From: Chloroflexota bacterium
GTDB lineage: Bacteria > Chloroflexota > UBA11872 > VXOZ01
Direction of reading: 5' to 3'
Assembly: GCA_963662335.2 (NCBI GenBank)
Contig: CAXXVD010000003.1
Span: 512,001 to 576,000, forward strand
DNA length: 64,000 nt
Shown one piece after another: positions 46,830 through 57,786 of this stretch. Made by a program: the position numbers and the translations under genes. A model generated the notes under the pieces. That model did no database searches and was not told where the DNA came from. It saw only the letters and a program-made list of their open reading frames with translations. Each line of letters begins with the position of its first letter. Position 1 is the stretch's first letter.

Positions 46830-48739
46830 TTAGCGGCGGCTTCGAGTCAGGCGGCAGTTGGCGCAGCGGCGGCATGAGTTCCCGCGGCAGCATGAGTTCG
46901 CGCAGTGGCTGGCGCGGCGGCGGCGACGATTCCGTTGACATCGACCCGGACAGCAAGGCCTTCGACCAGGACGTGGTGCGCCAGATGCTGCCCTTTCTCA
47001 AGCCCTACCGGGGGAAGCTCGCCATTGCGCTCGTGCTGGTGCTCATCACCTCCGCCGCCACCACCGCCGGGCCGTATCTGATCAAGGTCGCCATCGACGA
47101 CGGCATCGACAAGGGGAACCCGCAGGTGCTGGCAATCGCGGCGGGCCTCTTCCTCCTTAGCCTCGTCGTCATGGGCCTCTCTTCCTACGCCAACAACGCC
47201 ATGATCGCGGCGGTCTCCCAGCGCATGTTGCACACGCTGCGGGTGCGCGTGGTCGACCACCTGCAGAGACTCTCATTCCGCTACCTGGATAGCAACGAGA
47301 TCGGCGTCATCATGGCGCGCGTCACCAGCGACGTGAACGCCCTGAACAACGCCTTTTCCCAGGGCACCATGACGCTGGTGGCCGACCTGCTGGGCTTGGT
47401 TCTCATTCTTGGCGTGATGCTGCTGCTCGACCCCATGCTCTCCCTGGCCACGTTCGTGGTGCTGCCGCTCATGTACGTGGTTACGCGCGTCTTCAGTTGG
47501 CAGGCGCGGCGGCGGTTTCGCGAGGTGCGGCATCAGGTGGGCAAGGTGTACGCCAACTTGCAGGAGAACATCAGCGGCGTGCGGGTCGCCCAGTCCTTTA
47601 CGCGGGAAGACCTGAACTACCGCCAGTTTCGCGGCACGAACCGGGACAACCTGGACGCCTCCGTGCGGGCCGCCCGCGTGATGGCGGCTTTTCCGCCGGC
47701 GGTGGAACTCATCACCGCCCTTGCCATCGGCCTCGTCATCGTCTACGGCGGCTACCGGGTATTGAACGGCGCCATGAGCGTGGGCGTGCTGGTGGCCTTC
47801 CTCTCGTACGTCCAACAATTCTTCATGCCCATCCGCGAGATTTCGCAGTGGTACACTAATCTCCAGCAGGCGATGGCCGGCGGCGAGCGCATCTTCGGTT
47901 TGCTCGACACCGACCCGGAAATCGTCGATAAGCCGGACGCGCCCGCCCTGCCGGCCGTCAGCGGCCACGTGCGCTTCGCGGACGTGACGTTCGGCTACGA
48001 CCCGGAACAGCCGGTGCTCACGGAAATCAACCTGGAAGCGCAGCCGGGCGAAACCATTGCCCTGGTGGGCCCCACCGGCGCGGGCAAGACCTCCATCGTC
48101 AACCTGCTCATGCGCTTCTACGACGTCCAGCAGGGGGGCGTCACCATCGACGGCCACGACCTGCGCGACGTGCAAATCCGCTCGCTGCGCCGCCAGGTGG
48201 GCATGGTGCTGCAGGATAGCTTCCTCTTCTCCGGCACGATTTTGGAGAACATCACCTACGGCAAACCTGAGGCAAGCATGGCGGAAGTGGAGGCGGCGGC
48301 GCGGGCCGTGGGCATCGACGGCTTCATCAGCCGCCTGCCGGACGGCTACCAGACCGCGGTGATGGAACGCGGCGGCCGCCTCTCCGTGGGCCAACGCCAG
48401 TTGGTCTGCTTCGCCCGCGCCCTGCTCATCGACCCGCGCATCCTCATCCTGGACGAGGCTACCAGCAGCGTGGACGCCCACACGGAGATTCTCATCCAGC
48501 GCGCCTTGGCGACCCTGCTGCGCGGCCGCACGGCGTTCGTGATTGCGCACCGCCTTTCCACCATCAAGAACGCGGACGCCATCCTGGTGCTGCGCGACGG
48601 CCGGATCGTCGAGCGCGGCAGCCACGACGCGCTGCTGGCGGCACAGGGCTTCTACGCGGAACTCTATACCACCGGCGTCGCGGCCGGCATGGACGGCCAG
48701 GATTCGGCGGCCAGGCCAAGCGCGGTACCGTCCCGCTAG
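46826..48739 (+). CDS. Heterodimeric ABC exporter, TMD-NBD subunit 2
   Basis: GPTGAGKT, LSVGQRQ, ILDEATSS, IAHRLST; ATGA overlap with subunit 1. Confidence 0.92.
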   Translation: MISGGFESGGSWRSGGMSSRGSMSSRSGWRGGGDDSVDIDPDSKAFDQDVVRQMLPFLKPYRGKLAIALVLVLITSAATTAGPYLIKVAIDDGIDKGNPQVLAIAAGLFLLSLVVMGLSSYANNAMIAAVSQRMLHTLRVRVVDHLQRLSFRYLDSNEIGVIMARVTSDVNALNNAFSQGTMTLVADLLGLVLILGVMLLLDPMLSLATFVVLPLMYVVTRVFSWQARRRFREVRHQVGKVYANLQENISGVRVAQSFTREDLNYRQFRGTNRDNLDASVRAARVMAAFPPAVELITALAIGLVIVYGGYRVLNGAMSVGVLVAFLSYVQQFFMPIREISQWYTNLQQAMAGGERIFGLLDTDPEIVDKPDAPALPAVSGHVRFADVTFGYDPEQPVLTEINLEAQPGETIALVGPTGAGKTSIVNLLMRFYDVQQGGVTIDGHDLRDVQIRSLRRQVGMVLQDSFLFSGTILENITYGKPEASMAEVEAAARAVGIDGFISRLPDGYQTAVMERGGRLSVGQRQLVCFARALLIDPRILILDEATSSVDAHTEILIQRALATLLRGRTAFVIAHRLSTIKNADAILVLRDGRIVERGSHDALLAAQGFYAELYTTGVAAGMDGQDSAARPSAVPSR

Positions 48740-48970
48740 GCGAACCTCTCCCTTGAAGCAACCCGCGCAGAACGCCATTGGAAAGCGCTCTAACTCCCTC
48801 TCCCGCGCGGGAGAGGGCCGGCGTGAGGGTGAATCCAAGCAACGCGCAACAACGCGTACCGCGCGTAACTTGCCATTCGCCCTAAGATGTGTCATCGTGG
48901 CCTTAAGCCGCACTGGAAGCACAGGCGGAGTCGCCGGATTCGCACACGTGACTTGGCGCGTTGAGCGGTA

Positions 48971-48979
48971 TGGTATAAT
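48971..48979 (+). promoter_or_regulatory. Extended -10 promoter of ftsH
   Basis: TGGTATAAT (TGnTATAAT) about 90 bp upstream of the start. Confidence 0.5.
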
Positions 48980-49065
48980 TCGCCTGTTGACCTACGCGGT
49001 GAACCGTAGCACAAGCCGCCCGCGGCGCTCTTTGCGGACCGGGCGGCTCATCGAGGAAGAGCATT

Positions 49066-51024
49066 GTGGATAGCAAGTGGCTGAAGAACGGCTTCGTCTA
49101 CCTGGTCATTACGGTTGCGATTCTGGCCATCGTCTTTACGTTGTTCCAACCGCAAACCCGCCAAAACACCCAGGTCTCGCTCACTGAATTCATCGCCGCA
49201 GTGCAGGATGCCGCTTGGAGCGATAAGTACCCGACCGTCATCGTCTCCAACGACCATCTGATAGCCGAAATCGACGAGCAGCGCCTCACGACGCGCAAAC
49301 TGGAAGAGATGGACATCCTGGACGCGCTGCACAGCGGCGGGGTGCCCTACGACAAGATCAAGCTGACCGTGCGGGAACCCAGCCAGTTCAGCAACCTGCT
49401 GCCCATTCTGGGCACGTTCCTGCCAATCGTTGTCTTTGGCGGCATCCTGCTGCTCATGATGCGCCAGGCCCAGGGCACGAATAACCAGGCCCTCTCGTTC
49501 GGTAAGAGCAAAGCGCGCGTCTTCAAGAGCAATAAGCCCACCATCACATTCGCGGAAGTGGCCGGCGTGGAGGAGGCCAAAGAAGAACTGCAAGAGGTGG
49601 TGGCGTTCCTCAAATACCCGGAGCGCTTCCAGGCGTTGGGCGCGCAGATACCGAAAGGCGTGCTGCTGGTGGGCCCGCCCGGCACCGGCAAGACCCACAT
49701 CTCCCGCGCCGTGGCCGGTGAGGCGGGCGTGCCCTTCTTCAGCATCAGCGGCTCGGAGTTCGTCGAGATGTTCGTGGGCGTCGGCGCGTCCCGCGTGCGC
49801 GACCTCTTCGACCAGGCCAAGCGCAATTCGCCCTGCATCGTCTTCATCGACGAAATCGACGCCGTGGGACGGCAACGCGGCGCGGGCCTGGGCGGCAGCC
49901 ACGATGAGCGCGAACAGACCCTGAACCAAATCCTGGTGGAGATGGACGGCTTCGAGAGCAACACCAGCGTCATCATGCTGGCGGCGACCAACCGCCCGGA
50001 CGTGCTCGACCCGGCCCTCCTGCGCCCCGGCCGCTTCGACCGCCAGGTGGTGCTGGACAGCCCGGACGTGAAGGGCCGCGAGCACATCCTGCAACTCTAC
50101 GGCAAAGACAAGCCGCTGGCGGACGACATGGACCTGGAAACCATCGCCCGCCAGACGCCCGGCTTCTCCGGCGCTGACCTCAAGAATCTGCTCAACGAGG
50201 CGGCGCTGCTGGCCGCGCGGCGCAACAAGAAGGCAATCGGCCAGGCGGAGGTGGAGGAAGCGGTGGAGCGCGTGCTCGCCGGGCCGGAACGCCGCAGCCG
50301 CATCATCAGCGACCGCGAAAAGAAGGTCACCGCCTACCACGAGGTCGGCCACGCCCTGGTGGCGCACCTGCTGCCGGACGTGGACCCGGTGCATAAGATT
50401 TCCATCATCGCCCGCGGCCGCGCCGGTGGTTACACGCGCGTCCTGCCGCCGGAAGACCGCCACCTGTGGACGCGCTCCCAGTTCCGGCAGCAAATGGCGT
50501 TCGCTCTCGGCGGCTACGCGGCGGAGGTGCTGGTCTTTGGCGAGATGACCACCGGCGCATCCAACGACATCGAGATGGCTACCGGCTTGGCCCGGCGCAT
50601 GGTGATGGAGTACGGCATGAGCGAGAAACTCGGCCCGCGCGCGTTCGGGCGCAAGGAAGAGTTGATCTTCCTGGGCCGCGACATCCAGGAACAGCGCAAC
50701 TACAGCGAAGCCGTGGCCCAGGACATCGACGGCGAAGTGGAAGGCCTGATCCAACAGGCCCACGACCGGGCGTCGAGCCTGCTGACCGAGAATAGGGAAA
50801 AGCTGGTGGAGATTGCCGATACGTTGATGGAGGTTGAGACGTTCGACGAGAAGGCGTTTAGCGCCTTCTTCAAAGAAGAGCCTGAACCATCCGACGACGT
50901 GGACGCCAAGGCAGCGAGTACACTGGTGGACGACGAAGAGCAACAGCCGTCCTCGCCGCCGCAGGACAGTGGGGATAGTTCTCAGAAACCGCGCACGCGC
51001 CCGTATCCGGGCATGGCGACGTAG
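49066..51024 (+). CDS. ftsH: ATP-dependent zinc metalloprotease FtsH
   Basis: 2 [49 protein letters not shown]. Confidence 0.97.
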   Translation: MDSKWLKNGFVYLVITVAILAIVFTLFQPQTRQNTQVSLTEFIAAVQDAAWSDKYPTVIVSNDHLIAEIDEQRLTTRKLEEMDILDALHSGGVPYDKIKLTVREPSQFSNLLPILGTFLPIVVFGGILLLMMRQAQGTNNQALSFGKSKARVFKSNKPTITFAEVAGVEEAKEELQEVVAFLKYPERFQALGAQIPKGVLLVGPPGTGKTHISRAVAGEAGVPFFSISGSEFVEMFVGVGASRVRDLFDQAKRNSPCIVFIDEIDAVGRQRGAGLGGSHDEREQTLNQILVEMDGFESNTSVIMLAATNRPDVLDPALLRPGRFDRQVVLDSPDVKGREHILQLYGKDKPLADDMDLETIARQTPGFSGADLKNLLNEAALLAARRNKKAIGQAEVEEAVERVLAGPERRSRIISDREKKVTAYHEVGHALVAHLLPDVDPVHKISIIARGRAGGYTRVLPPEDRHLWTRSQFRQQMAFALGGYAAEVLVFGEMTTGASNDIEMATGLARRMVMEYGMSEKLGPRAFGRKEELIFLGRDIQEQRNYSEAVAQDIDGEVEGLIQQAHDRASSLLTENREKLVEIADTLMEVETFDEKAFSAFFKEEPEPSDDVDAKAASTLVDDEEQQPSSPPQDSGDSSQKPRTRPYPGMAT

Positions 51025-51143
51025 CCGGTTTCCCAGGCGAAACCGCAGGGCATTGATGGACGCGCCCCGAACCACCCCATAGCCGCGGCGCCAACCATGG
51101 CCTGCCGACAGTCCCTGCACATTTCCCAGTAGAGAGGTAAGCA

Positions 51144-51452
51144 ATGGCAACGACTGAGGAACGCATCAGTAGGCTCGAAGGAGCCTATGAACAGGTGGAT
51201 CGGCGGCTGGAATCCCTTGAAGTCTCTGTCAACGCCTTGCGCGAAGAGATGAACCAGCGGTTCGAGGCCATAGACCGGCGGTTCGAGGTGATGAATCAGC
51301 GTTTCGAAGTTGTGAACCAACAGTTCACTACCGTGAATCAACGGTTCGACACGTTGAGCCGCCAGATTTGGATTGCCTTGGCCGGCGCGTGGCTCACGAT
51401 GGCCGCGGGCATCGTTGTCGGCCTAGTCCTGATACTGCTGGGAAACGGCTAG
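51144..51452 (+). CDS. Small heptad-repeat coiled-coil protein with a C-terminal TM anchor
   Basis: ERISRLEG head, (M/V)NQRFEx heptads, hydrophobic C-terminus; GAGG RBS. Confidence 0.75.
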   Translation: MATTEERISRLEGAYEQVDRRLESLEVSVNALREEMNQRFEAIDRRFEVMNQRFEVVNQQFTTVNQRFDTLSRQIWIALAGAWLTMAAGIVVGLVLILLGNG

Positions 51453-51553
51453 GCCGGCGCTGCGCACCGCTCGCGGTTTTCAAGCGGAGCACCCGCCTGA
51501 TTGCGCCAGTTCACTTTCGCGTCCGCTTTCAGGTAAGCCGCGCCAGTGCGCCC

Positions 51554-53005
51554 TCAAGCAGCCACCTCTTTGGCAAGCGTTTGCAGCGCATCGACCATCC
51601 GCTCGCACGCTCCCGGCGCCAGCATGGTGCAGCTTGGCTCGAACCCGCCTCGTTCCGCCTCGGCGCGCGGGGGAATGTAGTTGACGTAGCCGTTCGCGCA
51701 CGTAGCTACAATACTGCCCCGCCAGCCCGCTTGCGACGCCCAGGCGGAGAGTGCGAGGCCGGTCTCGGCAAAGACCTCCGCCGGCGAGGCCAACACCAGC
51801 ACGTTGCCCAGCCGCACGGCCTGCAACGGCGCCGCCACGCGCTCGCGCTCCAGGTCCGCCCGCCGGGTCTCCAGGTCGCCCCACTTCAGTTGATAGCGCA
51901 AGAAGGCGCTTTCCTGATACAACGCCCAGCGTTCCTTGACGTCTCGTGAGCCGCCGGCCGGCGTTTGCGCCAGCGTGCCCAGCCTTCGTTCAAGCTCAGC
52001 CAGCCGGGAGCGCTGTGCGTCGCGCGCTTGGTAGGGCTTCAACGGCAGTTCAACCTGCCGCGTAGCGGCGCTAATGACATACGGGCCGCCGAGGTCGGCC
52101 AACCCGCTTGCCGCCGCTCGCAGGGCGCTGCCAAGCTGGCGGCCCACCCGCAGTACCTCCGCATAGCTCGGCTCTTGATAGCGCGGCCGCACGTCGCCAC
52201 TACAGCCCTGCAAGAAGAGGGCCGCGCCGCCCAGTTCGCGTTCCGCTTGTGCCGCGAGAATGCCGGGAAAATCGGCGCAGGTGCGCCGGCCGGCAAAACT
52301 ATGGGTTACCGGGTGGCACGCGGCGCTGACAATACTCGCGATATTCGCCCCGTCGCCGCCCTCGAAAACGAGCAGGCGCAGGGAATCGTCAACGACGCCT
52401 TGCGGCTCGATGGGGCCGCCGGCCATGCCAAGCTGCGCCCGCGTCGCCCCGAGCGCGCCGGCCAAGCGGTCGGCAATCGCCTCCCAGTGCGGCTCCGCGC
52501 CGATGAGCATGCACACCACGTCCGGCAGCGCCTCCCGGCGGTTGTACGCAACACCCTCGTGCTGCGCCGTCGCGTAGCGCATGCGGGCAACCGGCCGCAC
52601 TGCGCGGCTCGCCCGGGAGACGGCTGAAACGATGCGGTCATTGAGGGTTTCCTGCCAGGGGGAAGGCGGCGCGGCGAACGGCTCGAGCAGCGAGTTGTTC
52701 GAGTGATTGTGGGTGCACGCGACCAATACGTTGGCGGCGGGGATGCCGCAGCGCGCAGCGATGCGCGCCAGTATCGCCTGGTACTGGTCTTCGCGCAGCG
52801 TGCAGAGGTCTACCGAGACGAGCGCAAGACGGGTGTCGCCCTGTTCCAGCGCGAGCGCCCGCGCCCAGCAATCGTCGTGCCGCCCGGCAACCGCCACCGG
52901 CTCCCCGCCACCGCTGTAGGCAAACGGCAACGGTACGCCCAGCGGCGGATTGATGCGCTCGGCGCCGGCGCCAACTCGTAACTCGCTTTGTTGGATCGCC
53001 GCCAC
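51554..53005 (-). CDS. Neutral/alkaline ceramidase-like hydrolase
   Basis: RVGAG..INPP, HDDCWARAL, CTHNHS, ACHP, ADFPG, FLQGCSGD, GYVNYIP, GGFE. Confidence 0.78.
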   Translation of the reverse strand: MAAIQQSELRVGAGAERINPPLGVPLPFAYSGGGEPVAVAGRHDDCWARALALEQGDTRLALVSVDLCTLREDQYQAILARIAARCGIPAANVLVACTHNHSNNSLLEPFAAPPSPWQETLNDRIVSAVSRASRAVRPVARMRYATAQHEGVAYNRREALPDVVCMLIGAEPHWEAIADRLAGALGATRAQLGMAGGPIEPQGVVDDSLRLLVFEGGDGANIASIVSAACHPVTHSFAGRRTCADFPGILAAQAERELGGAALFLQGCSGDVRPRYQEPSYAEVLRVGRQLGSALRAAASGLADLGGPYVISAATRQVELPLKPYQARDAQRSRLAELERRLGTLAQTPAGGSRDVKERWALYQESAFLRYQLKWGDLETRRADLERERVAAPLQAVRLGNVLVLASPAEVFAETGLALSAWASQAGWRGSIVATCANGYVNYIPPRAEAERGGFEPSCTMLAPGACERMVDALQTLAKEVAA

Positions 53006-53116
53006 AATAGTGCGCTTTCCGTCTCTCCACCACGCCTGCTTGTGTTGGCCAATTCGCCAACAAATCCGGTAGCTGGGGCGGGAAGGCCGTTCGCCGCGCT
53101 CGACGCCGCCGATACG

Positions 53117-53216
53117 TCATTCCGAACGGAGCGCAGCGCAGTGAGGAATCTAGGGTGCTGAGCCTGCAACGCTCACTGTGGCGCACCCCTAGATTCCTCG
53201 CTGCGCTCGGAATGAC
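53117..53216. repeat. Inverted pair of GTCATTCCGA...GAGGAATC REPs (REPIN-like)
   Basis: GTCATTCCGAACGGAGCGCAGCGCAGTGAGGAATCTAGGGTGC...GCACCCTAGATTCCTCGCTGCGCTCGGAATGAC. Confidence 0.8.
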
Positions 53217-53293
53217 GGGAGCGATCACCGCCGGCTAGCGGAAGCGGAATCCGTCAACGAATTATCTGACACTTACACTGCCAGGCCGCCGGC

Positions 53294-54706
53294 CTAATTG
53301 CCGCCGAGAGTCTCGTTGATGAGATCCGCCGCCCAGCGCGCGTACTCCGCGGCCGTGAGGTTGCCGGCAAGGAACTCGCGGTACTGGCCGTTGAGGTCGC
53401 CGGAGATGTCGCCGTACTCGGTGAACGTCCACAGGCCCCAACCGGCCGGCTTGGTGGTGCGCGAGTGCAAGAGGAACGCGCGGGGATCCACGCCCAGCGC
53501 ATCCTGATAGCCCGCCTGCGCCAGCGAAGAAGCGTCGTCGTTCAGCAGCGGCGAAACCACGTGGCCCGCCGACGGCGGAAAGCGCCCGCCGTTCTCCGGC
53601 CTGAGGAGCCATTTGAAGAGTTCCCAGGCGAGATCGTTATTGTCGGCGCCGTCGTCGGCCATCTGCAACGGATGAGTCCACGTGCGTCCCGACTGGCTCG
53701 GCCCTTCGCCGGAATAGGGCATGGTCCCCAGCGCCCACGTGAACGGCGCGTCGCGGAACGACGTGCACGTGAGTTGCATCGCCACTTTGCCGGACATGAA
53801 GACGTTACCGCGTTGGCCGCCCATGGCCGCCTCGCGCTCCTCAGCGTTCGGCGTTACGCGATGCTTGTCGCCAAAGTCGCGCCACCAGTTAAGCGCGTCG
53901 ACGAATTCAGGCGAATCTATTGTCGCGCGCCCGGCCTCGGCGTCCCACGGGCCCACGCCCCAATAGGTGCCGGTGCCGATACCGCCGCCATTGGAGCAGG
54001 TGATGCCGCCGCCGTGCCCGAACTGCGTACGGTCTTCGTTGGTGAGTTGCGTGGCCAGATCCAGGAAGGTCTCCATATTCCAGTCGGTGTCGTTCAAGTC
54101 GACGGGCAGCGGATTGATGCCGTTCGCCTCGAAGAGTTCCACGTTGTACGCCATGGCGTCTACCGACATGGTGATTGGCATACCCAGAATCCTGCCCTCC
54201 ACCGTCCACATGCCGATGGCCGGCGCGGCAAAGGTGGCCTCCGGGTCGATCTTGTCGCGGGTGAAGAACGGCGCGAGGTCAATCGTGACGCCGGTCTCGA
54301 ACGTGGTGAGCACCGCGCTCCAGCCGTTTTCCATGATGTTGATCGGGTCGCCGGCCGCCTGCGCCGCGTAGAACTTCGTCCGCACCTCGCCCCAGCCGCC
54401 GGACGGCACCAGGTCGATCGCGATGTGGGGCATCTCCTCGCTAAAGTCGGCGAGCACCGGCTCGAGCACCGGGCGCGTGGTGGGCTTTTCCGCCGAGATC
54501 ATGGAGATCGTGACGGTCTCGACCTGCGGCGCCGCCGTCGGTTCGGCTTGCGGCGCCTCTTCCTTCGCCTCAGCCTGTGGCGCTTCCTCCGCCGGGTCCA
54601 CCGCCGCCTGTCCGCAAGCGGCGCCGATCACCGCCCCCAGCGCGCCCGCGCCCACGCCCGCCAGCGCCGTGCGCCGGGTGACTTTCGTAGAGTGCACTAA
54701 ACTCAT
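53294..54706 (-). CDS. Carbohydrate-type ABC solute-binding lipoprotein
   Basis: TRRTAL...GAAC, E/A/P linker, AYNVELF, FMSGKVAM, AWELFKWL. Confidence 0.87.
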   Translation of the reverse strand: MSLVHSTKVTRRTALAGVGAGALGAVIGAACGQAAVDPAEEAPQAEAKEEAPQAEPTAAPQVETVTISMISAEKPTTRPVLEPVLADFSEEMPHIAIDLVPSGGWGEVRTKFYAAQAAGDPINIMENGWSAVLTTFETGVTIDLAPFFTRDKIDPEATFAAPAIGMWTVEGRILGMPITMSVDAMAYNVELFEANGINPLPVDLNDTDWNMETFLDLATQLTNEDRTQFGHGGGITCSNGGGIGTGTYWGVGPWDAEAGRATIDSPEFVDALNWWRDFGDKHRVTPNAEEREAAMGGQRGNVFMSGKVAMQLTCTSFRDAPFTWALGTMPYSGEGPSQSGRTWTHPLQMADDGADNNDLAWELFKWLLRPENGGRFPPSAGHVVSPLLNDDASSLAQAGYQDALGVDPRAFLLHSRTTKPAGWGLWTFTEYGDISGDLNGQYREFLAGNLTAAEYARWAADLINETLGGN

Positions 54707-55049
54707 CGCGCAATACCTCCATTTGCCTTGCGCCTACGACTGAGGAGAATTGAAAATGCTTCGGTCTCCCCAATGTGGCAGTGTCTATACTGTCACCCAT
54801 ATACTGAATTAATGTTGTGCCTCTAGTCAAGACCGTAGGGCCGGAGCAATCTGAGGAAGATCGGAAACGCGGGGAATGACAATACCAGGAAGAGGGACTG
54901 TTGCAGAATGGACTGGGCATGACGAGACTTGCATCCTCTTTCCGCTACCATTTAGGCAAGCTTTCTTGTGCTAGCTTGAAACAAGGCGCGTCTCGCATGC
55001 GTCGGCGCAAAGTTAATGTGACGTTGATCAAGTCAACGTGGAGTACCTG

Positions 55050-55430
55050 ATGAAACCAAGAGGCGTCGATTTCTTCTGCTACACCGTCAGTGACATCAAC
55101 AAGAGCGCGGACTTCTACGAGAACACGCTGGGGCTCACGCTCGCCGGGTGGCTCGGCGCCGGGTGGGTGGAGTTTGCGGTTGGCGACACGCCAACGGTGC
55201 TTGCGCTGCGTGCCTCACGCGAGAGCCCGGACGCGAATGGAGCGGTTGGCGGCGGCGCCATCGCCATCGCGGTCGCCGACGTGCGGCAAGCGGTTGACGA
55301 GTTGCGCGCGCGGGGCGTGGAGGTGGCGCTTGAGCCTGGTGAACAGGCGGCCTGTTACGCTGCCGGCATCGCCGACCCGGACGGCAACCTGATCCTGCTC
55401 CACAGCCGCAAGGATGGGACGGCGGGCTAA
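55050..55430 (+). CDS. VOC / glyoxalase family protein
   Basis: VSDINKSADFYENTLGL, WVEF, V.DV..AV.EL..RGV, DPDGN. Confidence 0.85.
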   Translation: MKPRGVDFFCYTVSDINKSADFYENTLGLTLAGWLGAGWVEFAVGDTPTVLALRASRESPDANGAVGGGAIAIAVADVRQAVDELRARGVEVALEPGEQAACYAAGIADPDGNLILLHSRKDGTAG

Positions 55431-55520
55431 ACCGGCGACGCCCGGAAAGCCGCCGCCCGCTCACGGTGCGCGCGCGAGATTCGGGTGCGGACGCGCTTGG
55501 CAGCCAGCGCGGCAGGCCGG

Positions 55521-56567
55521 CTAGAGCGCGGCCATCAGTTCCTCGTGGTACGCGAAGATGGCCGGAATGCCGCCGGTGTGCACCATGATGACCGGCCGGT
55601 TGGCGAGCAGAGCGCCGTTGCGCGCCGCGTCGATAAGGCCGGACATCGTCTTGCCGGTATAGACCGGATCGAGCAGGATGCCCTCGTGCTGCGCCGTGAG
55701 CCGGATGGCTTCCATGCCCGGCTCCGTAATTTCGCCGTAACCGGCGCCGAGATAGTCGTCGGAGACGCGCACCTCGTCAGCCGTGAGGCCGCAGGGAATG
55801 TCAAGCTGTTCCGCAAGCCGTTGCGACCGCGCCGCCACGTTTGCGCGCTGCTCGTCGGCGGGCTCCTTGATGGAGATGCCGACGACCTCGACGTCCAACC
55901 CCAGCACTTTGACGCCGGCGGCAAAACCGGCGTGGGTAGTGCCGGAGCCGGAAGTGATGAAGATGGCGCTTGGCGGCTGCGGCAGCGCCGGCAGTTGCGC
56001 GGCAAGCTCAAGGGCGCAACTCAAGTAGCCGCACATGGCCCGCAGCGCCGGTTCAGGATACATGCTCGTGATCCGGTAGGGCTTTCTTCCCTGCGCCCGC
56101 AACTCCGCCTCGATGGGGTCGATGCGCGCCTGCAAGTTGTCGATGCTCGTGTCTGCCAGCACCGTGACGTTGGCGCCAAAGATGTGATCGAGCAAGAGAT
56201 TTCCCTGCACGTCGTTGTGGAGGCCGCCGGAGAGCACCAGAAAGCAGTCCAGTCCCACCTTGGCGCAGGCGGCGGAGGCCTGGCGGCACTGGTTCGACTG
56301 GGTGTCCGCGCCCGCGACCACGCTGTCGCAGCCCTGCGCCACCGCCGAACCGATCTGAAACTCCAGGTTGCGCGTCTTGTTGCCCCCCAGGGCGAGTCCC
56401 GTCAGGTCGTCGCGCTTGATGTAGATTGGCGGCCCGCCCACCGCCTCCGAGAGCCGGGGGCAGGCGTCCAATGGCGTAGGGAACGTGCCCAGTGCGACGC
56501 GGGGCTGCTCATCCAGCTTTGCTGCCAGTTCGTCTTGTGTCAAAACGTGTGCGCTCTGTACGGCCAT
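55521..56567 (-). CDS. D-cysteine desulfhydrase family PLP enzyme
   Basis: KRDDLTG..GGNKTR, QSNQ, SGSGTT, LLDPVYTGK, HTGG; AGGAG RBS. Confidence 0.88.
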   Translation of the reverse strand: MAVQSAHVLTQDELAAKLDEQPRVALGTFPTPLDACPRLSEAVGGPPIYIKRDDLTGLALGGNKTRNLEFQIGSAVAQGCDSVVAGADTQSNQCRQASAACAKVGLDCFLVLSGGLHNDVQGNLLLDHIFGANVTVLADTSIDNLQARIDPIEAELRAQGRKPYRITSMYPEPALRAMCGYLSCALELAAQLPALPQPPSAIFITSGSGTTHAGFAAGVKVLGLDVEVVGISIKEPADEQRANVAARSQRLAEQLDIPCGLTADEVRVSDDYLGAGYGEITEPGMEAIRLTAQHEGILLDPVYTGKTMSGLIDAARNGALLANRPVIMVHTGGIPAIFAYHEELMAAL

Positions 56568-56742
56568 GTCTTGTGCTCCTCTACTGGTCTCCACCGACTC
56601 TGTCTTTTGGTCACGTCTATCACCGCGGCTGGTTCAACGTCTCTTTTCGCGCGGCCGTCGCGGGCGCAGGTTCCAAACCTGCGCTACCGGGCTTTTGATC
56701 CCGGCGCTATCCGAACAGGTGTTCTAACCCAGTGTACTCCGC

Positions 56743-57786
56743 TCAGTCCGTCCGCACCAGATAGCCCCGGATGTCGTACGCGCCCGGCTCTTCCACCGGC
56801 AGCGCGCCTTCGTCGATCGCCAATTCCAGGGGGTTGTCCGTAATCTCCAGCGGCAGATTGACGATGCCGCGCGTGTAGGTGGAAGCCGCAATCGCCAACA
56901 GCACTTCCAGCGCCTGGCGGCCGTTGTGGGCGTGGCCCCGGTGCTCGCGCCGCCCTTCCATCCATTCGATCAACTCTTTGGCCTGGAGCGCCTGCGCGTT
57001 GGGCTCATTGAAAGATTGCTCCGTGATGCCATTGGCATCGAGCAGCCGGAGGCCGTTGCTTACGGGGAAGATGCTGCCGTGCGAGCCGTAGACGATGCAG
57101 GGCTGCACGCGCCGGTCGTCGCCGATGTCGGACTCCAGGATGCCGCGCACGCCGCCGGCAAAGCCGATGAGCGCCTGGGCGCGGTCCTCGATGCGCTCGG
57201 CGCGTTCGTAACGGTCCGTCCGCCGTTCCACGGACCCCATCACCCACGCCACCTTGGGGTCGCCCAGGATATAGCGCGCGTAGTCCACGTTGTGGATCGA
57301 GCTATTGGTCAGGCCGCCGTTCTGCTGGATGTAGAGCATCTCCACCCGGCCAATGGCGCCGTCGGCGATGAGATGCCGGATGGCGTTCGTCTGCTTGCGA
57401 AAGCGGCCCTGATGGCCGATCACCAGCTTGGCGCCGTTGCGGTCGGCGGCGTCGATCATGGCGTCGGCCTCGGCCAGCGTGCGCGCCATGGGCTTCTCGC
57501 AGATGATGCCGCGCACGCCCGCCGCGGCGGCGGCAATTGACATGGGCGCGTGGAGTCCCGGCCACGAGCAGACGCTGACGATGTCCAGGTCTTCCTTCTC
57601 CAGCATCGCATGGTAGTCGGCGTAGCCGCCGCCGATGTCGTGCGCCTCCTGCAACTCCGCTAAAGCCTTGGGATGCGTGTCCGACGCGGCCACCATCTTC
57701 ACGTTGTCCAACTCGGCGTACGCCTGCGCGTGCGCCTTGCCCATCCAACCGCAACCGATGATGCCGACGCGATATGTCTTGGCCAT
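56743..57786 (-). CDS. Gfo/Idh/MocA family oxidoreductase
   Basis: VGIIGCGWMG, CEKPMA, GHQGRF, HNVD. Confidence 0.9.
   Translation of the reverse strand: MAKTYRVGIIGCGWMGKAHAQAYAELDNVKMVAASDTHPKALAELQEAHDIGGGYADYHAMLEKEDLDIVSVCSWPGLHAPMSIAAAAAGVRGIICEKPMARTLAEADAMIDAADRNGAKLVIGHQGRFRKQTNAIRHLIADGAIGRVEMLYIQQNGGLTNSSIHNVDYARYILGDPKVAWVMGSVERRTDRYERAERIEDRAQALIGFAGGVRGILESDIGDDRRVQPCIVYGSHGSIFPVSNGLRLLDANGITEQSFNEPNAQALQAKELIEWMEGRREHRGHAHNGRQALEVLLAIAASTYTRGIVNLPLEITDNPLELAIDEGALPVEEPGAYDIRGYLVRTD

Noticed and set aside
55521-56567. ACC deaminase (acdS)
   Set aside because: It has Thr/Thr (YTGK, HTGG) rather than the Glu/Leu diagnostic residues.
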